A DNA stretch of 64,000 nucleotides from Candidatus Woesearchaeota archaeon (GTDB taxonomy: Archaea > Nanobdellota > Nanobdellia > Woesearchaeales > DSVV01), in NCBI GenBank assembly GCA_016192995.1, contig JACPTB010000005.1, positions 133,503 through 197,502 on the forward strand, read 5' to 3'. Under the pieces are notes generated by a model, which worked only from the letters and a program-made list of their open reading frames with translations, was not told the origin of the DNA and ran no database searches. This document shows, piece after piece, positions 29,757 through 39,097 of this stretch. Every line of letters begins with the position of its first letter. The first letter of the stretch is position 1. Position numbers and translations under genes: made by a program.

Positions 29757-29790
29757 TTATTATTATTATTATTATTATCGTAATTATTTC
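29757..29790. repeat. (ATT)n microsatellite
   Basis: TTATTATTATTATTATTATTATCGTAATTATTTC between the hydrolase and pta genes. Confidence 0.8.
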
Positions 29791-30791
29791 TGTACCTGCA
29801 TTGCGCAGCATGCAATATGCTCTTCGATCATTTTTGCTGTTGCACTTCTCCCTAAAATACTCACTGGTTTCTGCAATCCGCTTAATATAGTGCCAATCAT
29901 TTCACAGGTGCTTAATTGTATCAATAAGTGCACAACTATATTCGCAACCTGCAAATTAGGAAATACTAATACATTTGCCTCTCCTTTTAACGGTGATGTT
30001 GGACATTTTCTTGCAGCAGATTTTGGATTGACCGCAGCATCACCCTGCATTTCTCCGTCGACTAAAAACTTGTTCCTGCTTTTGACCAAGGCAACAGCAT
30101 CTTTGACAAACTTAACTTCTGGCTTATCTGCTCCTCCACTGCCATAGGTTGAAAAGGAAAGCAAGGCAACTTTTGGTTCAAAGTCAAACATCTCAGCAAT
30201 CTTTGCTCCATTTTCAGCAATAACAGCTAATTCTTCAACCGTTGGATTTGGATTTAAGCTGCAGTCAGTAATAAATAAAACACGATCATTTTTATTATCC
30301 TTCATAAAAGAAACTTCACTGACTAAAGCATCTTTTTTTCTGAGGATTCTCATAACTGGACTCATTAATGCAGCTGTTGAACAAATACAGGATCCTGCAA
30401 CAGCGTCAGCATAGCCGCAGTAGGCATACATGCAGCCAAAATAATTTTCATCTTCCAAAAGCTGCGCAGCTTCTTCCAATGTCATGCCTTTATGCTGTCT
30501 TAATAGATACAGCTTTTGGATAAATTCTTTTTTAAGCGGAGAATGTTTATAATCGATAATCTCTGTTTTTCCAAGGTCAAAGCCTTTTTCTTTGGATTTT
30601 TTTTTAATTTGATCAGGAGTTCCTAATAATACTAATGAACAGACATTATTTTTAACTAAATTATGGGCAGCTTCAAGAACACGTTCATCCCATCCTTCGC
30701 AAACCACAATTTTGGCTTTTTTCTTTTTTGCCTTTGCAAACATTAAAGCAACAATGTCTTTCATGGAATCACCTAAGTATACATTTATCAT
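29784..30791 (-). CDS. pta: phosphate acetyl/butyryl-transferase (PTA_PTB family)
   Basis: 335 aa; KIVVCEGWDERVLEAAHNL N-terminus and PTA_PTB layout. Confidence 0.65.
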   Translation of the reverse strand: MINVYLGDSMKDIVALMFAKAKKKKAKIVVCEGWDERVLEAAHNLVKNNVCSLVLLGTPDQIKKKSKEKGFDLGKTEIIDYKHSPLKKEFIQKLYLLRQHKGMTLEEAAQLLEDENYFGCMYAYCGYADAVAGSCICSTAALMSPVMRILRKKDALVSEVSFMKDNKNDRVLFITDCSLNPNPTVEELAVIAENGAKIAEMFDFEPKVALLSFSTYGSGGADKPEVKFVKDAVALVKSRNKFLVDGEMQGDAAVNPKSAARKCPTSPLKGEANVLVFPNLQVANIVVHLLIQLSTCEMIGTILSGLQKPVSILGRSATAKMIEEHIACCAMQVQK

Positions 30792-31110
30792 GTCTCTTTT
30801 TTACTTGTAAAAGAACTTGCAAACCTTGTTTGTATTCTTCTATTGTTTCACTAGAGTCTATACCTTCTTTTGCAGCTTCTTCCATTATTTCACCAACAGT
30901 CAATCCTACTTTATTTGCAGCGTAATCTAATGAGCATTTTCCATCCTTGTACATATCTAAATATTTTTTTAGAAGATATTGTTTTCTTCCAAGCTGTATC
31001 AACTCTTTTAATGCTCTTGTTTTATCTACCTGTTCTTCATGAGCTGTTTTTTCCACCATCTCAACTATATCTTGTTCTAATCGTGCGCCTAAAAATATTA
31101 CTTTAGTCAT
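30769..31110 (-). CDS. UPF0175-family antitoxin-like protein
   Basis: KDGKCSLDYAANKVGLTVGEIMEEAAKEGI helix-turn-helix typical of UPF0175; 8-nt overlap with the DUF3368 gene. Confidence 0.5.
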   Translation of the reverse strand: MTKVIFLGARLEQDIVEMVEKTAHEEQVDKTRALKELIQLGRKQYLLKKYLDMYKDGKCSLDYAANKVGLTVGEIMEEAAKEGIDSSETIEEYKQGLQVLLQVKKRHDKCILR

Positions 31111-31606
31111 GCTGTAAATCCTCCTTTATTTTTTCAATCAGATAATGGTTAAACCATCCTTCTTTTTTTAAGACTGAAATGCTCCCCAATGCTTTTTTCA
31201 AGGTAATCTTTTTGCTTTTATAAAGGTGAGTGATAATTGAAAAACTGCTAAACATAGGTAAACTATAAAGTACAGCACATTTTCGAGCTTGTTTACTATC
31301 TGTTGCAAGAGCAAATTCTTTTTTATCAATTGCAACTGCTAAAATAGATGCTTCTCCATTATCCATGTTAAAGTCATATTTAAGTTTAACCATGATCCTT
31401 TTTTTATAATCGATAATAGTCACTTTTCCCTGGTGGTATAATTTTTCAAATAATAATGCATCATAGCGTTTTTTAACTTTACCCATCATTACTTCATCGT
31501 ATATTGCTTGAGTAATATAAACATAGTAGTTTTCAACGAATGTCTCTAGTACTGTTGCTTTTGCTAATAAGATAATAGTGCATGAGTCAACTATGATTTG
31601 TTCCAT
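31103..31606 (-). CDS. DUF3368-type PIN-like nuclease (toxin partner of UPF0175)
   Basis: MEQIIVDSCTIILLAKA N-terminus; genomic pairing with UPF0175. Confidence 0.5.
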   Translation of the reverse strand: MEQIIVDSCTIILLAKATVLETFVENYYVYITQAIYDEVMMGKVKKRYDALLFEKLYHQGKVTIIDYKKRIMVKLKYDFNMDNGEASILAVAIDKKEFALATDSKQARKCAVLYSLPMFSSFSIITHLYKSKKITLKKALGSISVLKKEGWFNHYLIEKIKEDLQHD

Positions 31607-31753
31607 TTAACATTATTTAATATTGTTAAATATTTAAATCTTTCTCTTAAATGCAGGATCTTAGTACACAATTCTTCTTAAAATATTGTTGTATATAACA
31701 ATACTACAATTTATTAAATAATTCTCTCCCTTCCATAAGGATTGGTGATTATT

Positions 31754-31882
31754 ATGGAACAAGCGTCATATGTTATGCATTATGAACAAAATAAGCCAAC
31801 TCCACCACAAACCACACTATCTTATAGTACTATTTGGTGGGTTGTACTCATGGTGCTTATCATAGTATTGTGGTTGCATTGA
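31754..31882 (+). CDS. small membrane protein (42 aa)
   Basis: MEQASYVMHYEQNKPTPPQTTLSYSTIWWVVLMVLIIVLWLH with GGTGA 6 nt upstream; unlisted. Confidence 0.3.
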   Translation: MEQASYVMHYEQNKPTPPQTTLSYSTIWWVVLMVLIIVLWLH

Positions 31883-31981
31883 CATTCTTAAGTGCATAGT
31901 TGAATAACTCTCCTTAGTTGTATGTATATATACAACATCTATTTAAATACAGGTGATTGACTTTATCAATCAGGAGTAACT

Positions 31982-32803
31982 ATGGGGCAAGCAACTGCAG
32001 TAAGAAAAGTTTGGACTATTTTTGATATACATAATACTAGTGTTGTTTATGTGCGTGCTTCTTATGTTCCTTGGTATACAGGCAAGGTTATTTCAAAAGG
32101 ACAAATGATTGATCCCCATAATAGTCCAGGATTTAGGCTTGCATTAGGGAAATCTCAGTTAGCTGTTCAAGATCAATATCAAGAATGGGCAAAGATGCAT
32201 AACAAAGAGATCGGTGACTTAACACCTGATGATGAATTAGAAGCAGAATCACATTTTGTTCTTTCTGGTTTAGAACAATTAACTGCGTTAGAAACTGGAA
32301 GAAGAGATAAAATTAATTTACATGCTGCCAATGCAACCTTTGTTGTTCCCATAGCTGGCGCCAAAGAAGTTTATCAGCATGCATTAGAAGATCGTGCAGT
32401 TGATGGAACTCGTCATCTTGGCTGCGTTGCAGTTATTTCTTCTTCAAAAACAGAACAATCTTCAGCAATAGTCAGATACTTGTTAGGTGATAGAGTATAT
32501 GGAGAATTTGTTCAATCTGGAAGATTAATTGTTGTCAATGCAGTTCGTCCAAATAGAAACCTGATGCGAGATGGAACAACACTGACGCTTCCAGAATATC
32601 AACAACCACTTTCAAAATCAGATCCACAAACATGGTTAACAGCGTATGTCAATGCTGGGATTACAGCGCAAACACCAATAGTGAGGATTTATGAAGATAA
32701 ACCTGCAAATCTTAAAGCAGCGATGCTTGCTGCACAACAACTAGGTCACCATCCAGAAACATATGCTTCAGTAGTTGAGAGAGTGAATCTTCAATCGTTA
32801 TAA
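31982..32803 (+). CDS. hypothetical protein (GC-richer, no recognisable motif)
   Basis: 273 aa; GGAGT RBS-like sequence upstream; composition differs from neighbours. Confidence 0.4.
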   Translation: MGQATAVRKVWTIFDIHNTSVVYVRASYVPWYTGKVISKGQMIDPHNSPGFRLALGKSQLAVQDQYQEWAKMHNKEIGDLTPDDELEAESHFVLSGLEQLTALETGRRDKINLHAANATFVVPIAGAKEVYQHALEDRAVDGTRHLGCVAVISSSKTEQSSAIVRYLLGDRVYGEFVQSGRLIVVNAVRPNRNLMRDGTTLTLPEYQQPLSKSDPQTWLTAYVNAGITAQTPIVRIYEDKPANLKAAMLAAQQLGHHPETYASVVERVNLQSL

Positions 32804-32833
32804 TTAGAAAACTTCAACAACAATGATAATAAC

Positions 32834-34342
32834 ATGGAATACACTCAAGGCTCATTGGAAAAAAATAAAAGAAATATTAATAACATTCAGTGGTATCATC
32901 AGCGTTTTGATGGCTGTCCTTTTTTCCTCCATGTTATTTCAGAAGCAGAATCAACTAATGAACAGCGAAAACATGGTTGGATATTTCAGCATAAGGTATG
33001 CTTTTACCATAATGATCGGGCAGATTGGTATATCGACATGCTTTCTATCAATAAAATTGCCAAAGAAATGCTCGAAGAATTGCAGCAAAATCCTTATTTA
33101 AGCAAACAATTAATTGCAGCATGGTATGAAGATGACAACAAATTTTATGAGATTTGTAAGAGCATAGATCGCCTTGAGGTGAATATATTGTCAGACAAAG
33201 AATTGTTTGAGTTATTCAAAATATTCTGCCAGCAAACAATAAAGCGAGAAACCTCAAGTTCAATTATAGACGGTTTTGCACTAGGTTCAGATACTTTTGT
33301 TGCAGAGCAGATTCAAGATTTTCTTAAGATTAAAGGCAGAGAAAAAGAATTCACTAAACTCTTTCCTATCTTAACAGCGCCAACAAAACAATCTTTTATC
33401 AATGAAGCTGAAGTAAGCTTGTTAAAAATAGCATTTCTTAAAAAAGACCATCAACAATATGCTGATTGCCTTAAAGATCATCAAGAGCGCTATTTCTGGA
33501 GTAAAAATAATTATGTTCAAGCGCATTATTTAGATCAAGCTTATTTTGAAAAAGAGATTAACCATCTATTGAACGACCACAAGACAAAGGAAGATTTACA
33601 ACAGCACATTGATAAGCTTGAAAGAACGCCAATAAAAAATAAAGAAGCAAAAACTAAATTAATTAAAGAACTACCGTTATCACCTTACATTATTAGTTTG
33701 CTTACCATATCAGATGACTTTACTTGGTGGCAGGATGAACGAAAAAAATCGACGTATTGGTATATTCATTATGGATGCAAGCTTTTGGAAGAGATTGCAA
33801 AGCGAAAAGGATTTACCCTTCATCAATTAAAGTATACAACTCCTCCAGAAATTTTATCAATGCTGGAAGGAAAAACGCATTACACACACGATCAACTTAA
33901 TGCAAGAATTAAAGAATGCGCATATTATTGGAATCCAGATCAATTTGAATGTATTACTGATAAAAAACAACTTGAAGAATTAAAAAATATTATTCTTAAA
34001 AAACAAGATTACTCCAAAATTACCTCATTTAAAGGGCTCTGCGCTAATTCAGGAAAAGTTAACGGTATGGTTAAAATTGTTAAAAGCGCAACAGAAGTTC
34101 ACAAAATTGAAAAAGGAGATATTCTTGTAGCAGTTATGACAAGACCAGATTATATTACTGGCATGAAAAAAGCAGCAGCCATTGTTACTAACGAGGGCGG
34201 AATTACCTGTCATGCAGCAATTGTCAGCAGGGAGATTAATATTCCCTGCATTATCGGCACAAAGATTGCAACTGAAGTGTTAAAAGATGGTATGATGATT
34301 GAAGTTGATGCGAATAATGGCATAGTTAAGATATTAAATTAA
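32834..34342 (+). CDS. Rph/PEP-synthase-like protein lacking ATP-grasp domain: substrate-binding-like helical domain plus phosphohistidine swivel domain
   Basis: C-terminal GDILVAVMTRPDYITGMKKAAAIVTNEGGITCHAAIVSREINIPCIIGT; central WWQDERKK..YWYIHYGCKLLEEIAKRKG resembles the Rph RIF-binding/swivel junction. Confidence 0.6.
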   Translation: MEYTQGSLEKNKRNINNIQWYHQRFDGCPFFLHVISEAESTNEQRKHGWIFQHKVCFYHNDRADWYIDMLSINKIAKEMLEELQQNPYLSKQLIAAWYEDDNKFYEICKSIDRLEVNILSDKELFELFKIFCQQTIKRETSSSIIDGFALGSDTFVAEQIQDFLKIKGREKEFTKLFPILTAPTKQSFINEAEVSLLKIAFLKKDHQQYADCLKDHQERYFWSKNNYVQAHYLDQAYFEKEINHLLNDHKTKEDLQQHIDKLERTPIKNKEAKTKLIKELPLSPYIISLLTISDDFTWWQDERKKSTYWYIHYGCKLLEEIAKRKGFTLHQLKYTTPPEILSMLEGKTHYTHDQLNARIKECAYYWNPDQFECITDKKQLEELKNIILKKQDYSKITSFKGLCANSGKVNGMVKIVKSATEVHKIEKGDILVAVMTRPDYITGMKKAAAIVTNEGGITCHAAIVSREINIPCIIGTKIATEVLKDGMMIEVDANNGIVKILN

Positions 34343-34356
34343 TCACGATTGATATT

Positions 34357-35922
34357 ATGAATATAAATATCCGAGAATTAGCTCATCAGAAATGGAGCAT
34401 ACAGGGATTTAATGCCTGCGCTAATTATATTTCTCTTGCAGGAATGTCCGGAATAGAGGACATGCATAAAGTATTAGGTTATGGGTATACACAGATTCTT
34501 CTTGCTTTTAAAAAAGATTATCTTGAATTCCACTATCTTGAAAAGGATTTTCAAGATATCGGCGCTGAATTCATGAAGCGCTATCGTCAAAATGAAAATT
34601 ATTTTACTAGTCTTCTTGGCAAAGATAAGGAATTCAATGAACAATCATCAAAAGTATATCAAGAAATTAAACAACAGCTTTTGTTACATGATAGAAATAC
34701 ATCAAAATGGTCAAAAGAAGATATTATCAGACTGCATCATCAAGCTTTTGAAGCATACCATAATGCGTTATCAGTCGCTCATATTATTGAAGGCATTACC
34801 TATGTTTTGGAAAAAGAAATACTCAGCCTATTAATCAAAGAACTTCAACTTAATGATACAAAACACGCTGCAAAAATAATGAATGAATTAAGCCAGCCAA
34901 TACGACCTTCATTTATTACCGAAGAACATATTGATCTCTTGAAAATTCTTAATATAATTGTTAATAATAATGAGATTCTCTCATTGTTTAAAACTAAAAA
35001 AACAGAAGAAATATTTGTTTTACTTCCTGAAACTTTGAAGAAAAAAATAGAGCAGCATGCAGAAACATATTTTTATTATCAGCTTAATTATTATCATGCT
35101 GAAAGTCTGAAGCCATTAGATTATGTTAAAGAATTACGGGAAATGATTTTACAAGAAACTGATCCACAACAACAAATTACGCAGGAAATACAGCGTTATA
35201 AAGAAAATATAACTCGGCGGGATCAAAAATTAAAAGAATTAAAACTAAGTCAAGAAGCAAAGCAACTTCTTGATCTTTCTGTTGAAATTCTTCATTGGCA
35301 GGATGACAGAAAAAAATTCATTCTTATTGGAGCTTATTATATGCATAAAACCCTTAAGCTCATTGCAGATACTTTTGCAATCCCCCTGGAATTGCTCAAA
35401 CGTTTACATCCTCCAGAAATAACTCTTGAACTATTGCACCATTTTGATGAAGCAGCAATAAAAAAGCGTGTCGATCATTTCATCTTATTTCATTGGTATG
35501 ATGATAACCATAAACAGATGAAAACAAAAGTATTTGATGAAACTGAATATAATTTTTTTATGGAGCAATGTCGCAAACAACATAACCAGATTGAAGATCT
35601 TCATGGTTTAAGCGCAAGTACCGGAAAAGCAATAGGAAAAGTAAGAATCTGTAAAACAAAAGAAGATATTGCGTTGTTTGAGCAAGGTGAAATTCTTGTA
35701 GCAAGTATGACAAGACCTGAATTTATTCCAGCAATGAAAAAAGCAGCAGCAATAGTAACTGATGAAGGAGGAATAACTTGTCATGCTGCAATTATCAGTC
35801 GTGAATTAAATATTCCCTGTGTTATCGGAACAAAAATTGCTACAAAAATTCTGAAAAATGGCATGATGGTTGAAGTCAGAGCAAATCACGGATTGGTTAA
35901 GATAATTTCATTAATCCTCTAA
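34357..35922 (+). CDS. Rph/PEP-synthase-like paralogue (no ATP-grasp) with phosphohistidine swivel domain
   Basis: GEILVASMTRPEFIPAMKKAAAIVTDEGGITCHAAIISRELNIPCVIGT; 14-nt spacing from the upstream paralogue. Confidence 0.6.
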   Translation: MNINIRELAHQKWSIQGFNACANYISLAGMSGIEDMHKVLGYGYTQILLAFKKDYLEFHYLEKDFQDIGAEFMKRYRQNENYFTSLLGKDKEFNEQSSKVYQEIKQQLLLHDRNTSKWSKEDIIRLHHQAFEAYHNALSVAHIIEGITYVLEKEILSLLIKELQLNDTKHAAKIMNELSQPIRPSFITEEHIDLLKILNIIVNNNEILSLFKTKKTEEIFVLLPETLKKKIEQHAETYFYYQLNYYHAESLKPLDYVKELREMILQETDPQQQITQEIQRYKENITRRDQKLKELKLSQEAKQLLDLSVEILHWQDDRKKFILIGAYYMHKTLKLIADTFAIPLELLKRLHPPEITLELLHHFDEAAIKKRVDHFILFHWYDDNHKQMKTKVFDETEYNFFMEQCRKQHNQIEDLHGLSASTGKAIGKVRICKTKEDIALFEQGEILVASMTRPEFIPAMKKAAAIVTDEGGITCHAAIISRELNIPCVIGTKIATKILKNGMMVEVRANHGLVKIISLIL

Positions 35923-36108
35923 ATTCTTGAATATAATTTCCATATTTTCAGATCCAGTTCCAATCAAATTCTCTTTAGCTAATATATCAAAAAATTCAAA
36001 ATAACGTACTCCTGCAATTTCAGCTCCTTCTCGTATGGTGCATTTACCTTCTTTATAACAGGTAATTGCTTTTTCTCTGACTTTTATATTTTTCGATTTT
36101 TTCCACAT
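35911..36108 (-). CDS. UPF0175-like small protein (solo)
   Basis: KEGKCTIREGAEIAGVRYFEFFDILAKENL; on the opposite strand between paralogues 2 and 3. Confidence 0.35.
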   Translation of the reverse strand: MWKKSKNIKVREKAITCYKEGKCTIREGAEIAGVRYFEFFDILAKENLIGTGSENMEIIFKNLED

Positions 36109-36140
36109 AACATTTATATTTAATCTAAATTCTTCCTATT

Positions 36141-37601
36141 TTGATGATGGTTACTTGGAAATGGGAATTTCAGAGAAATATGGATATAATTAAACGATTA
36201 GGATTTGCTCCTTCTTTTGCAGAATTTACGGGAATATGTGCTTATACCAGCAGGAATGGCAATATCAATTTTTATTGGAATGTTGAAGGAGCTGATAAAA
36301 AATCACTTGCATTAGTTGAAGCCATTAAAGCAGACTCCTCTTTTACCGAAAACTGGGTGCATGACCTTAATAAAAAAGCAGAACAGTGGAAGAAATTCAC
36401 TGAAACTATTTATTTAACAAATTTAACAAATCCAGCAAAACTTTCAGATACAGAACTCTTTACTTTTTATCAACAATTCCTTGATTTACATCCGCAAATT
36501 GCTTCATTTGCAGCATGGATTAGAATAATTATTCATCAAGGGGTTCTTACTTTTGAGAAAATACTGAAAGAAAAAATAAAAGATGAGGCTGAATATAAAA
36601 ATGCATTAACGGTTTTGACTTCAACACCAAAACAAAGTTTTAATGGAGAAGAAGAGGAAGCTTTTTTAGAACTTGCATTTAACATTTTAAATAAAGAGCA
36701 GAATTTTGAAGAACTTAATGAACTCTCTCAACCATCATTAGCTCTTCTCACAAAACATCGGAATAATTATTGCTGGATTCCATGCGGTTATTATGATGAA
36801 CCAGCGCATGATTTAGATTATTATTTTCATCGATTGCTCCGTGTGAAGAAAGATCGAGTGCATTCACGACAAGCGTTAAGCACCTTGCAGGAACTATCTG
36901 AGCTTATTGAACAAAAACAATATGTCCTTTTGCAGAATCTTAAACTCAGCAAAGAAGCTCTGCGTTTAATGGAATGCCTCCAGGAATGTGTTTATTACAA
37001 AGATTATGTTCGAGGAGTTCTCAATAAAGGCTATTATCTTTGCTATCCTTTGTTTGAAGAATTAGGGAAACGCGTGAAGCTAAGCATGCTTGATGTCAAA
37101 TTTTTGCTTGAGGAAGAATATGAACAAGCATTGTTTTCCAAAACAGATTTTACCGCCTTGATAAGCAAGCGAAAAAAGTTCCATATAATGGTTGTTGAAA
37201 AGGGAAAACCAATTAAGCTGATGTATGGGAAAGAAGCAGAACAATTAGTTCAGGAAATTGAAGGCAAGCTTGATGACGTTAAAGAAATCAAAGGCATGTC
37301 TGCAAGTCCAGGCTACGCTAAAGCGAGAGTAAGAATTTTGAAAAATCCAGCAGACATACAGAATGAAACTCATGATTTTATCCTCGTTGCCAGCATGACA
37401 ACACCTGAATTTATTGTAGCCATGCAAAAAGCATTGGCTATTGTAACTGATGAAGGCGGTATAACCTGCCATGCAGCGATAGTTGCCCGGGAGATGAACA
37501 AACCTTGTGTTATAGGCACTAAATTAGCCAGTAAAGTTCTTAAGGATGGTATGATTGTAGAAGTTGATGCTGATAGAGGGATTATCAAGATAGTTTCTTA
37601 G
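36141..37601 (+). CDS. Rph/PEP-synthase-like paralogue (no ATP-grasp) with phosphohistidine swivel domain
   Basis: HDFILVASMTTPEFIVAMQKALAIVTDEGGITCHAAIVAREMNKPCVIGT. Confidence 0.6.
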   Translation: MMMVTWKWEFQRNMDIIKRLGFAPSFAEFTGICAYTSRNGNINFYWNVEGADKKSLALVEAIKADSSFTENWVHDLNKKAEQWKKFTETIYLTNLTNPAKLSDTELFTFYQQFLDLHPQIASFAAWIRIIIHQGVLTFEKILKEKIKDEAEYKNALTVLTSTPKQSFNGEEEEAFLELAFNILNKEQNFEELNELSQPSLALLTKHRNNYCWIPCGYYDEPAHDLDYYFHRLLRVKKDRVHSRQALSTLQELSELIEQKQYVLLQNLKLSKEALRLMECLQECVYYKDYVRGVLNKGYYLCYPLFEELGKRVKLSMLDVKFLLEEEYEQALFSKTDFTALISKRKKFHIMVVEKGKPIKLMYGKEAEQLVQEIEGKLDDVKEIKGMSASPGYAKARVRILKNPADIQNETHDFILVASMTTPEFIVAMQKALAIVTDEGGITCHAAIVAREMNKPCVIGTKLASKVLKDGMIVEVDADRGIIKIVS

Positions 37602-37651
37602 AACGTACAGTTAATCTAAAATTATTTAAATCCATTCATAATTAGTATGGT

Positions 37652-38485
37652 ATGGAATTAATTATCATTATTCTTGCACTAGCTGCGTTAGCAATCGGCT
37701 CGTATACTGATATTAAATCTCGAGAAGTGCCTGATGTAATCAATTATGGTCTTGTTTTTCTCGGTGTTGGATTAGGAATAGTTTTTTCAATTATTAGCAA
37801 AGATTGGCATATTCTTCTCAATAGTTTACTTGGTTTCTTGATTATGTTTATTTTTGGAGCAGTTATGTTTTATACAGGACAATGGGGCGGCGGAGATGCT
37901 AAGATGCTGATGGGCATTGGAGCATTGGTTGGATTAGAAGCATCCATTAAAACATGGTTAACTAACATCCCTTTTCTTTTTTTTTTCATAGGATTAGTAC
38001 TGATTGTTGGGGGAGGTTATGGATTAATCTGGGGTATAGTAATAGGAATCCAGCATAAGAAACAATTTCTTGAAGAAGTAAAGAAGCGTTTGTATCAATC
38101 AACTATTAAAAGAACAAAGGTAATTTTAGTTATCGCAAGCCTGCTCTTGATTGGCTATTCCTTTACCTTAACGTTCTATTTACGCCTGCTTGTTTTAATC
38201 TTAGTTCTTTTATTATTAGTATCATTTTATTTAATTATATTTATTAAAATCATCGAAGAACTTGGCATGGTTAAAGAAATCCCTCTTTCTCAACTTACCG
38301 AAGGGGATTGGATTAATAAAGAAATTAAAGTTAAGGGAAAATATATTGCAGGACCTAAAGATTTAGGAGTGAGCAAAGAACAAATAGCTTTACTTAAGAA
38401 ACTAAATATAAAAAAAGTAGAAGTGAAATATGGTATGCCTTTTGTACCTGCATTTTTAGTGGCATTTATTATTGCGTTGATCTAA
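37652..38485 (+). CDS. A24-family prepilin/preflagellin peptidase (FlaK/PibD-like)
   Basis: GSYTDIKSREVPD (catalytic Asp 1) and GGGDAKMLMGIG (Asp 2); polytopic. Confidence 0.6.
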   Translation: MELIIIILALAALAIGSYTDIKSREVPDVINYGLVFLGVGLGIVFSIISKDWHILLNSLLGFLIMFIFGAVMFYTGQWGGGDAKMLMGIGALVGLEASIKTWLTNIPFLFFFIGLVLIVGGGYGLIWGIVIGIQHKKQFLEEVKKRLYQSTIKRTKVILVIASLLLIGYSFTLTFYLRLLVLILVLLLLVSFYLIIFIKIIEELGMVKEIPLSQLTEGDWINKEIKVKGKYIAGPKDLGVSKEQIALLKKLNIKKVEVKYGMPFVPAFLVAFIIALI

Positions 38486-39092
38486 TATGCTTTATTTTAA
38501 CAGCATATTTATAAGCAATGTACAAGGGTTCTGGCAATTTATGACCTTGTAAATATTGTTTTGTTAATTCTACAGCAGTTTTTAAGCTGATTTTATTGCC
38601 TTGTGAAACATACAAGGGTTTTGCTTTTTCTTTCGTTGGGATGATTTTTGCAACGACTTCTTTATGCACAACAACAGTATCTCCTGTTTTTTGACCAAAA
38701 AGTTGTTTTGAGGAAACACCAATGGTTGGAGTGTCAGTTAATAAGCCGATATAACTAGCAGTACCCATTTTCCGAGGATGCAATATTCCTGTGCCTTCTA
38801 TAAAGAAAAAATCCGGTTTTTTTGTTACTTTTTCATATGCCATCATCACGGTTGGTCCTTCCCTAAAACAAATAAATTCAGGAGAATGCTTGAAAGCTGC
38901 TTCTTGTGAAGCTGAAACTCTCTCAATAACTACTTTTTTTGCTGCATCGTAAATGACAATGGCAGTGATGATCATTTCACCACTATACATTGTTGCTATT
39001 GCACCAATAAGAGAGCTGCATTCGATATTATCAACTAAGAGCAACTTCTCTGCAAGTTTATCCTGCTCATTTCGCAATTTTTCTAGATTCAT
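38469..39092 (-). CDS. nfi: endonuclease V
   Basis: GILHPRKMGTASYIGLLTDTPTIGVSSKQLFG matches the Nfi core. Confidence 0.7.
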   Translation of the reverse strand: MNLEKLRNEQDKLAEKLLLVDNIECSSLIGAIATMYSGEMIITAIVIYDAAKKVVIERVSASQEAAFKHSPEFICFREGPTVMMAYEKVTKKPDFFFIEGTGILHPRKMGTASYIGLLTDTPTIGVSSKQLFGQKTGDTVVVHKEVVAKIIPTKEKAKPLYVSQGNKISLKTAVELTKQYLQGHKLPEPLYIAYKYAVKIKHIRSTQ

Positions 39093-39097
39093 GGTTA

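Noticed and set aside
29615-29890. ORFs 29615-29815 (-) and 29699-29890 (+) encoding poly-Asn / poly-Ile
   Set aside because: Artefacts of translating the (ATT)n microsatellite and the AT-rich intergenic region.
32823-33101. ORF 32823-33101 (+, 92 aa)
   Set aside because: Overlaps the start of the 502-aa Rph-like paralogue in another frame; hydrophobic, no support.
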